Source: Pseudothioglobus sp. nBUS_23 (GTDB lineage: Bacteria > Pseudomonadota > Gammaproteobacteria > PS1 > Pseudothioglobaceae). Taken from it: a stretch of 32,000 nucleotides of DNA. Shown here in pieces: positions 10,179 to 17,211 of the stretch. Positions within the stretch are counted from its first letter, which is position 1. Each line of letters starts with the position of its first letter. The position numbers and the translations under genes were made by a program. Location: contig NZ_CP179200.1 in the NCBI RefSeq assembly GCF_051201565.1, positions 780,001 through 812,000 of the forward strand, written 5' to 3'. The notes beneath the pieces are model-generated. The model was not told where the DNA came from. It ran no database searches and saw only the letters and a list, made by a program, of their open reading frames with translations.

Positions 10179-11197
10179 AAAAAACCTCCAAAGTGACTAC
10201 TAAGTTTTTCTGGACTGTTAATTTTAAATCCATTATTGAAGAAGGTTTCTAAAGATTTGGCATTATCAGCTGTCAATTCATTAAGTTTTTTTACATAATT
10301 GACTGAATCTTCATTTAACCCATTCTCTACTTGTTGAGTATCTGGATAACTTTTAAACGCATCAAGCCATATAGTTCTTCCTGCAAGGTAACCTGAAGCG
10401 CCATTTTTATATGCAAGCTCTAAGCACTTATAAAATGATTTTTTATCCATTCCTGAAGAAAGAACAACCCATGGTTTGTTGTTGGTTGCATCTGCAAGAT
10501 CTCTAAATGCTTGCTCAGTTTCATTAGTTATTTCATTCTCGAGTTCACTACTGTCCACTGGGCTCTCAAGTTTGAAGATATCAACCTTGTACTCATCTTT
10601 TGCAAATTCTTTGACGCTATCAATGACATGTTGAGATTTTTTCAGTTTTTGCTCTTGATATTCTATGGTGTGGTTTTCGTCATCCTGGAATGGATAAACA
10701 AGTAGTTCGAGAAGAAAAGGAATGCCATACTTTTCGCACTCTTCGCCTATTCTTTTTACATATTGTTTTTGATGTTCAATAGATTCGGTTTCAGCATCAG
10801 GTCTGTACCATGCAAGAACTTTAACCGCATCACCACCAACTCTTTTAATTTTTTCAACACTCCAGTTTTGAATATTTTCTGAGAATCTTCCTCTCTTTGT
10901 CTCTATGAAGCTGTGGTCCTCAAGCGTAATAACAAGGCCTTTTGAGTTGTTGTATTGAAGCAGGTTTGATAATGAGAAGTTAGGGTCCATTAGAATTGCA
11001 GTAACGTACTTAGACAGACTCGAAGTAATGAGCTTCTTGCATTCCACGACTTCCCCATATTGATGCTCTCTGCCCTTGGCTTTTGAGATGATGTTAAAGA
11101 TTGGAGGCCTCTGGTCTACTGCAAGCATTTGAAAATGTGCTGCATCAGTGCAAAGTTTTTTCAAATGAATGAGCTTGCCTAGATTTTCTATAGTCAT
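10175..11197 (-). CDS. Class I ketose-phosphate aldolase of the LacD / YihT (tagatose-bisphosphate / sulfofructose-phosphate aldolase) family
   Basis: 340 aa. MLAVDQR, AILMDPNF, KVLAWYRPDA, the Schiff-base-region motif DIFKLESPV and C-terminal PWVVLSSGMD..GASGYLAGRTIW parallel the LacD/YihT motifs MLALDQR, KVEVP and LSAG..GRA.W. Its stop overlaps the isomerase start by 4 nt. Confidence 0.7.
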   Translation of the reverse strand: MTIENLGKLIHLKKLCTDAAHFQMLAVDQRPPIFNIISKAKGREHQYGEVVECKKLITSSLSKYVTAILMDPNFSLSNLLQYNNSKGLVITLEDHSFIETKRGRFSENIQNWSVEKIKRVGGDAVKVLAWYRPDAETESIEHQKQYVKRIGEECEKYGIPFLLELLVYPFQDDENHTIEYQEQKLKKSQHVIDSVKEFAKDEYKVDIFKLESPVDSSELENEITNETEQAFRDLADATNNKPWVVLSSGMDKKSFYKCLELAYKNGASGYLAGRTIWLDAFKSYPDTQQVENGLNEDSVNYVKKLNELTADNAKSLETFFNNGFKINSPEKLSSHFGGFL

Positions 11198-11258
11198 ATA
11201 ATTATTAAAAGGTTAGTTTAAAGATTGTTGTGATGTAAAGTTGGTTTCCTGATTCGAT

Positions 11259-12065
11259 TTAGCTTTCCTCTTGATCTGGTTTAGAGGCTACAACAATCTC
11301 AATATTATTGGTATTGCAAATTTTTATAATTTCGCCAGGAGGTTGAAAGTTAGTTACAAGGATATCAACCTCAGAAATGTTTCCGATGAGCATTGGCGCA
11401 GTGCTATCAAACTTAAAGTTATCTGCCACAAGGATGAGCTTTCTACAGTGATTAAATATAGCTTTAGAAACCTGCACATCTTCATAGTCAAAGTCCATTA
11501 ATGCGCCATCATTATCAATAGCTGAAACCCCAACAACCGCGAAATCAACTTTAAACTGCTTAATAAATTCAGCTGTATTGAGTCCAATAACAGCAGAATC
11601 AATGTTTCGAACTTTTCCTCCAGCAAGCCAAATTTCAGCGTTATCAAATTGTGTCAAAATGTTAACGATATTAATGTCATTTGTAATTACCTTCAGATCT
11701 TTATGATTGAACAAAGACTCAGCTACCTGTTCGGTTGTTGTCCCACTAGCAGTGCTATATATATTTCCAAGAACAACGGAAGAATTATTTGGAATAATGT
11801 TGGCCACTGCATTGGCAATATCTTTCTTTTCGTCACTAGCTAGCGATTTACGTGATTTGTAACCATAATGATGTGCTTTAGAAAAAAATGCACCACCATG
11901 TGCACGCGTTAATAAATCATTGTCACAGAAGTTGTTTATATCACTTCTGATTGTTTGCTGAGTAACTTCAAATGTTTTTGCTAAACTCTCAACGCTAACA
12001 TAGCCTTCCTCCTCTGCAAGAGTTAGGATGTCACGTTGTCGTTTGTTAAGTTTTTCCATAATCAA
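11259..12065 (-). CDS. DeoR-family transcriptional regulator
   Basis: 268 aa with an N-terminal HTH (RQRDILTLAEEEGYVSVESLAKTFEVTQQTIRSDIN) and a C-terminal DeoR sugar-phosphate sensor domain (ILVADNFKF). It is the first gene of the minus-strand operon. Confidence 0.9.
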   Translation of the reverse strand: MIMEKLNKRQRDILTLAEEEGYVSVESLAKTFEVTQQTIRSDINNFCDNDLLTRAHGGAFFSKAHHYGYKSRKSLASDEKKDIANAVANIIPNNSSVVLGNIYSTASGTTTEQVAESLFNHKDLKVITNDINIVNILTQFDNAEIWLAGGKVRNIDSAVIGLNTAEFIKQFKVDFAVVGVSAIDNDGALMDFDYEDVQVSKAIFNHCRKLILVADNFKFDSTAPMLIGNISEVDILVTNFQPPGEIIKICNTNNIEIVVASKPDQEES

Positions 12066-12088
12066 TCCATTATATTATAGATTTTATT

Positions 12089-12128
12089 ATTTATTTTCAT
12101 TTATTTTCGTTTTTTTTCTTTTATTTTC
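12089..12128. promoter_or_regulatory. Three helically phased direct repeats (core TTATTTTC) in the divergent deoR / ABC promoter region; candidate DeoR operator
   Basis: TTATTTTC occurs at 12091-12098, 12101-12108 and 12121-12128, giving spacings of 10 and 20 bp. The first two sit in a perfect tandem ATTTATTTTC unit. The repeats lie 24-63 bp upstream of the deoR start and just upstream of the TTGACA at 12136. Confidence 0.35.
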
Positions 12129-12135
12129 AAATTAG

Positions 12136-12164
12136 TTGACATAGTCCAGATACTCGTATATATT
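12136..12164 (+). promoter_or_regulatory. Candidate sigma70 promoter for the ABC importer operon
   Basis: TTGACA (12136-12141), a 17-nt spacer, then TATATT (12159-12164). A second candidate is an extended -10, TGGTATAAA, at 12176-12184. Either implies a leader of roughly 130-150 nt. Confidence 0.4.
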
Positions 12165-12322
12165 TACAGTAGTTTTGGTATAAATGAAAAATATCGAAAT
12201 AAGTTAAAACTACCAGTTATTCTGTGTGGTTTCCTACTAAGAGTAGACTTAAGGCATAAAATTTGCAGTTTTTGTTTTAAGAGAAAATGGAGTTATTTTT
12301 TTAATTAAATTTGGAGAGAAAT

Positions 12323-13573
12323 ATGAGAAAGAGTATTTTGTTGGCATCCTTGCTTGCCGTCTCATCATTTAGTGCAAATGCAGCAGAAATAAAGTTTGTC
12401 TGCTACCAAGATGCTAATGAGTGTGATGTCTTAGAACAGATGTCATCTGTTTGGGAGAACTCAACAGGTAATACAGTTAACTTTGAAGTGGTCGGTTATG
12501 ATGTGGTTAGAGATCAACTTGAGAACCAACTTGAAGCTGGTTCAGCGCCAGACGTTGCACGTATTACAAACCTTGGTGGTCTTAATCAATACTACCTTGA
12601 CCTAACACCTTATGTTGACGCTGGAGCTTGGGAAACAAACTATGGTGCAACACTTCCATGGTACAGAAAGCCATCTGGTGATAATGGAATTTACGGTTGG
12701 CAAACTCAGTTAACGGTGACTGGCCCTTATGTCAACGTCACTATGTTTGAAGACGCTGGTGTAGATATGCCAGAAGAAGGTGCTACTTGGGATGATTGGG
12801 CTGACGCTCTAAGAGTCGTGAAGTCAGAGCTTGGTCTAACATCAGGCCTTGCAATGGACAGAACTGCTCATAGATGGGCTGGTCCAGCATTTTCTTATGG
12901 AGCTAAATTCCATGAAAATGGTGTTCCTATCTTAGTAGATCAAGGCTTTAGAGACTTTGCTGAAACATTTGTTGGATGGCACGAAGAAGGCTTAATGCCT
13001 GCTGAAGGTTGGCCTGCTGGTGGTGGTACTGCTTATAGAAATGCAGCACCTCTATTCCTTGATGGAACTGTAGCTATGCACATGTCTGGGTCATGGATGC
13101 TTGGTAACTATGACGCAAACATTACTGATTTTGAGTGGAAAGTAGTTCCAATCCCTTGCGGTACTGGCGGATGTGGTGCGATGCCTGGTGGTTCAGGAGT
13201 TGTCGCATTTAACTCTTCAAAGCATCCTGAAGTTGCAGCATCTTATATTGACTTTTTGTCACAAGCTGGAAGAGCAGGATACTTTGCTGCTAATACAGGA
13301 AACATTACTGCTCACCAAGGTCTTCAGAAGGCTGGAATTGACTACTCAGGCGTAAGCCAAAGAGTTTCAGAGGGTCTTTCGACTTTTGCAGCGAATGCTG
13401 GTAAAGCCGCTGAATCAACGCCACAGGCGTACTGGTTCCAAGGCTACAACAAGAACTTTGCGATTTACGGTATTGTTCCTGACTACATAACTAAAGCAAT
13501 TACTGGTGAAATGAGCCTAGATGAGGCTTTGGCGGCGATTGACGCTGACGTAGCAGCTAAGATAGCTGAATAA
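12323..13573 (+). CDS. ABC transporter periplasmic sugar-binding protein (solute-binding family 1 / CUT1)
   Basis: I chose the ATG at 12323, preceded by GGAGAG at 12313-12318, over the TTG at 12311 given in the track. This gives the signal peptide MRKSILLASLLAVSSFSANA followed by AEIK. The mature protein has the family-1 SBP pattern (GSAPDVARI, WYRK, MHMSGSWM). Codon usage is of the highly expressed type (GGT/GCT/CGT/AAC/TAC rich). Confidence 0.9.
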   Translation: MRKSILLASLLAVSSFSANAAEIKFVCYQDANECDVLEQMSSVWENSTGNTVNFEVVGYDVVRDQLENQLEAGSAPDVARITNLGGLNQYYLDLTPYVDAGAWETNYGATLPWYRKPSGDNGIYGWQTQLTVTGPYVNVTMFEDAGVDMPEEGATWDDWADALRVVKSELGLTSGLAMDRTAHRWAGPAFSYGAKFHENGVPILVDQGFRDFAETFVGWHEEGLMPAEGWPAGGGTAYRNAAPLFLDGTVAMHMSGSWMLGNYDANITDFEWKVVPIPCGTGGCGAMPGGSGVVAFNSSKHPEVAASYIDFLSQAGRAGYFAANTGNITAHQGLQKAGIDYSGVSQRVSEGLSTFAANAGKAAESTPQAYWFQGYNKNFAIYGIVPDYITKAITGEMSLDEALAAIDADVAAKIAE

Positions 13574-13606
13574 ACATTATTCAGTTATACTAAAGTTCTA
13601 AACTTT

Positions 13607-13640
13607 AAGGCCGTCTCTTGAGGCGGCCTTAATTTTATTT
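13607..13640 (+). terminator. Intra-operon stem-loop plus T-rich tail after the binding-protein gene (partial terminator / mRNA stabiliser)
   Basis: AAGGCCGTC (13607-13615) pairs with GGCGGCCTT (13622-13630), including one G-U pair, around the loop TCTTGA. It is followed by AATTTTATTT. It sits 34 nt after the SBP stop and 18 nt before the permease start. Confidence 0.55.
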
Positions 13641-13657
13641 AACATTCAACCCTGATA

Positions 13658-14713
13658 ATGTTTGAGTCTGTTTTAAATCTTAATAGTTGGTTTCTGTTCT
13701 TTACTGCCTACCTTTTGATTGGCCTTGTGCTCTCAAAAGAGGTCTATGGTTTTGTTCCAAAACTAATGGCCAGTATTGGATGGCCAATAGAATTTACTCA
13801 AAAATTATTCGGTACCAAATCACTTCCATATTTATTTTTATTTCCAAATATTCTGATATTTGGTCTATTTACCTTCCTGCCATTGTTTATGAATTTTGGT
13901 TTCTCAGTAACCGATGGGACTAGCATAAACTTTGAATCTCGAGACTTCTCAGGTCTTGATAACCTTGCACGGATTACCCAAGAAGTTCAAATTGATACGG
14001 GCGGAATCAATGTTGAAAATGATAAGTTTAAGGCGGCTCTTTATGACACCTTTGTTTTCGTTATCCTTCAAGTTCCGATTATGATCCTTATTGCACTATT
14101 CACTGCGATTGTGCTCAATCGAGAGATCATTGGAAGGGGTTTTTGGAGAGCTGTTTTTTTCTATCCAGTGATGCTCAGCCCAGTTGTTGTTGCTTTCTTA
14201 TGGACCCTAATCTTAAAGAGACAGGGAATGCTTTCTCAAACCTTGATCGATTGGAATTGGATTAGCGAACCCATTCAGTGGCTTGTTGATCCTGCATGGA
14301 CCATGTTTTGGTCTATCTTCGTCTATACCTGGGCCCACATGGGCTTTTACATGCTCATACTGTTGGCTGGCCTTCAGTCAATCCCTAAGGATCTTTATGA
14401 GGCGGCACAAATGGATGGGACGTCGGAAAGAAGAGTGTTTTGGCGGATTACATTGCCTCTATTAATGCCAATTCTGTTAGTAGTGACGGTGCTATCGCTA
14501 ATTAAGGCTGTTCAGGCATTCGAAGAGCTGTATGCACTCCAGGTTGGATGGATTTCTTTGGTCTCGTATATTGTCGAAAATGCTGGAATTAGGGGGCAAA
14601 AAACATTCTTTGGTTTGGGTATTGCCGCGATGGCATCTCTAATCGTAGCTCTGATTTTGATTATTCTATCTTTGCTTCAATTCTATTTAACTAGGAGACA
14701 GGTTAAGCTATGA
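13658..14713 (+). CDS. ABC sugar transporter permease (MalF/UgpA-type) with an extra N-terminal TM segment
   Basis: 351 aa and multi-pass. It has the EAA loop motif YEAAQMDGTSERRVFWRITLPLLMP and an additional N-terminal hydrophobic helix (WFLFFTAYLLIGLVL). Confidence 0.9.
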   Translation: MFESVLNLNSWFLFFTAYLLIGLVLSKEVYGFVPKLMASIGWPIEFTQKLFGTKSLPYLFLFPNILIFGLFTFLPLFMNFGFSVTDGTSINFESRDFSGLDNLARITQEVQIDTGGINVENDKFKAALYDTFVFVILQVPIMILIALFTAIVLNREIIGRGFWRAVFFYPVMLSPVVVAFLWTLILKRQGMLSQTLIDWNWISEPIQWLVDPAWTMFWSIFVYTWAHMGFYMLILLAGLQSIPKDLYEAAQMDGTSERRVFWRITLPLLMPILLVVTVLSLIKAVQAFEELYALQVGWISLVSYIVENAGIRGQKTFFGLGIAAMASLIVALILIILSLLQFYLTRRQVKL

Positions 14714-16143
14714 CGGATGTCATTAAATTTTTTACAAGAAGGCAAGGAAAAAAGAAAGCCAGTCTAACTGATTGGATATCTTATGGCTTTTTGTTTCTGG
14801 GCTTTTTAATTATATTTCTGCCAGTTCTGTGGCTCGTGATGAATTCTATCAAGTCGCAATTCCTGCTTCAAAAATACGACACTAATTTCCTTCCTATGGA
14901 TTATGAGCGAGTTGCAAGAGCGACAACATATGGTCCTGATGGAAAAGAAATTTTAATCATGAAAGACCTTGAGCCATGGGTCATGTTTTGGAAGAATTTA
15001 GATGATGAAGAGCGAGCAGAAAAGGATGTTGTCAGCTACATTAAAAATTTTACAGGGAATGAGTACTACGCACTAAGGTCACATTTTGGATTAGTCTCGG
15101 TCTTTGCGAAAGACTTGATAGCCAATCAAAATCTACCTGAATGGCTTATTAAATACCCCAGCATGTTTCCTAGTGCAAAAAAAGATTATGACCCACAGTC
15201 CATAGTCGACACTTTAAACGATGAAGATGCTAGATTGCTATCTGAATACCTTGGACTTAAGCCATATAAAGGTAATGGATTCACTGCTCAAATTTTGGTC
15301 TCTATGCCAGACCCTGAGACAGGAGAGCTCATTGAGTATTCGGTTAGTAGAATCAATCCTACGAAGGAGACAGTGAATGCAAGACTCGTGTCGAATCCAA
15401 AAGGAGGAATTACAAAACTTCCTCAGAACGAGATCATTATCAATAAGAGCCTGAAACCTTCATGGATAAACTATACGGACCCACTTACCAACAAAGCTCT
15501 AGGAAGCTTCGATGCTGTCAGATGCCTAAATAACTCTGTATTCGTCACAATTGTTGCCACTATCATTACGCTTCTTATTAACTCGATGGCCGCTTTTGCG
15601 CTGTCAAAGTATCGCTTTAATGGCCAGATTGTATTCTTTGTTATTATCTTGGCAACTCTAATGGTTCCGGCTTCTGTTCTGATTGTTGGCATCTTTAAAA
15701 TGGTTACCATGACGGGACTATCAGGCTCTCTCTGGGGGGTTATTATTCCAGGGGCTGCAACACCCACCGGGGTCTTCATGTTGCGGCAGTATATGCTCAC
15801 AATTCCAGATGAGCTGTTAGAGGCTGCCAGAATGGATGCAGCTAGTGAATGGACCATCTATTGGCGCATTATATTTCCATTAGCGCTCCCAGCTATTGCC
15901 GTATTGGGTATTCTCTCAATCATATGGCGATGGAATGATTTGATTCTCCCCATGATAGCCGTTTCGACAACAAAAGCTGCCTACACCATTCAGCTTTGTT
16001 TACTGGACTTTAATGGTGAGTATCTAGCTCGAGAGCACTATGCATTGGCAATGACCGTTGTGAGCTTGATTCCAACAACGCTAGTCTTTGTGTTTCTTCA
16101 AAAGTACATTACAACAGGTATTGCCTCAACAGGCATGAAATAA
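14710..16143 (+). CDS. ABC sugar transporter permease (MalG/UgpE-type) with a ~215-aa periplasmic insertion after TM1
   Basis: 477 aa, versus roughly 280 aa that I regard as typical. TM1 is GFLFLGFLIIFLPVLWLVM, followed by a long hydrophilic stretch (residues ~47-262) and then five TMs. The EAA motif is LEAARMDAASEWTIYWRIIFPLALP. The start overlaps the upstream stop (ATGA). Confidence 0.9.
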   Translation: MTDVIKFFTRRQGKKKASLTDWISYGFLFLGFLIIFLPVLWLVMNSIKSQFLLQKYDTNFLPMDYERVARATTYGPDGKEILIMKDLEPWVMFWKNLDDEERAEKDVVSYIKNFTGNEYYALRSHFGLVSVFAKDLIANQNLPEWLIKYPSMFPSAKKDYDPQSIVDTLNDEDARLLSEYLGLKPYKGNGFTAQILVSMPDPETGELIEYSVSRINPTKETVNARLVSNPKGGITKLPQNEIIINKSLKPSWINYTDPLTNKALGSFDAVRCLNNSVFVTIVATIITLLINSMAAFALSKYRFNGQIVFFVIILATLMVPASVLIVGIFKMVTMTGLSGSLWGVIIPGAATPTGVFMLRQYMLTIPDELLEAARMDAASEWTIYWRIIFPLALPAIAVLGILSIIWRWNDLILPMIAVSTTKAAYTIQLCLLDFNGEYLAREHYALAMTVVSLIPTTLVFVFLQKYITTGIASTGMK

Positions 16144-16146
16144 ATT

Positions 16147-17163
16147 ATGGCAAATCTTAAACTAATTGATATTAAAAAATCTTACGGCAAAACCGAAGTC
16201 ATTCATGGGCTCGATCTTGAAGTTCTTGATGGCGAATTTTGCGTCTTGGTTGGTCCTTCGGGTTGCGGTAAATCAACTCTTCTTAGAATGATAGCGGGGC
16301 TTGAGGCTATAACGGAAGGCTCAATATTGATAAATGATGAAAAAGTTAATGATGTATCGGCTGCCAAGAGGGGTCTTGCCATGGTTTTTCAGTCCTATGC
16401 TCTATACCCGCACATGACAGTTCGTCAAAACCTTGCTTTTGGCCTTGAAAATCTAAAACTAGATAAAGATGACATTGAGCAGAGGATTAATAAGGCTGCG
16501 AATCAGTTACGAATGGAGGACTACCTTAAAAGAAGGCCTGGTCAGCTCTCAGGTGGCCAGAGACAGCGTGTTGCAATTGGAAGGGCTATCGTAAGAGAGC
16601 CATCAATCTATCTCTTTGATGAGCCATTGTCTAATCTAGATGCTGAGCTGCGTGTTGCAACACGAGTTGAGCTCAAAGCGCTCCATGCAAGGCTTGGTAA
16701 TACCATGATCTATGTCACCCATGACCAAGTTGAAGCGATGACTATGGCCGATAAAATTGTAGTCATGCATGATGGCATCATTGAGCAAACAGGTTCTCCG
16801 CTAGATTTATACAATAAGCCAGCCAATTTGTTTGTTGCAGGCTTTATTGGGTCGCCAAAAATGAATTTTTTAGATAGCTTTTCGTTACCAGAAGACATTA
16901 AAAAGCTTGCTCCAAAGGGTGCAAAAACTTTTGGTATTAGGCCTGAGCACTTAAAAATTCAGGATCAGAACTCTCTTCCTCTTGACGTTAAAACTGTTGA
17001 ACAATTGGGCTCTGATAGTTACCTTTACGGCGCAACTATAGACAACCAAGAAATATCAATCAAGCTTAATACTCAAACCAGCATCAAGAGCGGTGAGTCT
17101 ATCAAGGTTGGTTTTGATAAAGATAATACTCACTGGTTTGATGAAAAAGGAGTTTCTCTTTAA
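16147..17163 (+). CDS. ABC sugar transporter ATP-binding protein (MalK/UgpC-type)
   Basis: 338 aa with Walker A GPSGCGKST, signature LSGGQRQRVAIGR, Walker B YLFDEPLSNLD and H-loop YVTHDQ. It is a paralogue of the ATPase at 2302-3360. Confidence 0.92.
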   Translation: MANLKLIDIKKSYGKTEVIHGLDLEVLDGEFCVLVGPSGCGKSTLLRMIAGLEAITEGSILINDEKVNDVSAAKRGLAMVFQSYALYPHMTVRQNLAFGLENLKLDKDDIEQRINKAANQLRMEDYLKRRPGQLSGGQRQRVAIGRAIVREPSIYLFDEPLSNLDAELRVATRVELKALHARLGNTMIYVTHDQVEAMTMADKIVVMHDGIIEQTGSPLDLYNKPANLFVAGFIGSPKMNFLDSFSLPEDIKKLAPKGAKTFGIRPEHLKIQDQNSLPLDVKTVEQLGSDSYLYGATIDNQEISIKLNTQTSIKSGESIKVGFDKDNTHWFDEKGVSL

Positions 17164-17211
17164 TTTTTGATTGTGTATCATCGTTTTATTTAGTTTACAT
17201 TCAGACCTTAT

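Noticed and set aside
5852-12065. Calling the minus-strand operon a bona fide sulfoquinovose (sulfo-EMP) cluster.
   Set aside because: The window contains no GH31 sulfoquinovosidase, no YihU-type sulfolactaldehyde reductase and no sulfonate exporter. The isomerase is also of a different fold from YihS. Only the aldolase, kinase and regulator families match, so the resemblance is reported as a hypothesis rather than a call.
12311-12322. TTG start codons proposed by the ORF track for the SBP genes: 12311 (MERNMRKS..) and 26568 (MKIFFTLGIGTMKK..).
   Set aside because: Downstream ATGs (12323 and 26601) give canonical signal peptides starting MRK../MKK.., and at 12323 the spacing to a GGAGAG Shine-Dalgarno is good. 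The upstream extensions add residues ahead of the signal peptide.
12165-12322. The long 5' leader of the ABC operon as a riboswitch or leader-peptide attenuator. It has an 8-bp pairing (GTAGTTTT 12169-12176 with AAAACTAC 12206-12213) and tiny ORFs MKNIEIS (12184-12207) and MELFF (12288-12305).
   Set aside because: It does not resemble any riboswitch class I know. The stems are short and AT-rich, and the mini-ORFs lack ribosome-binding sites. The leader length itself depends on an unverified promoter call.
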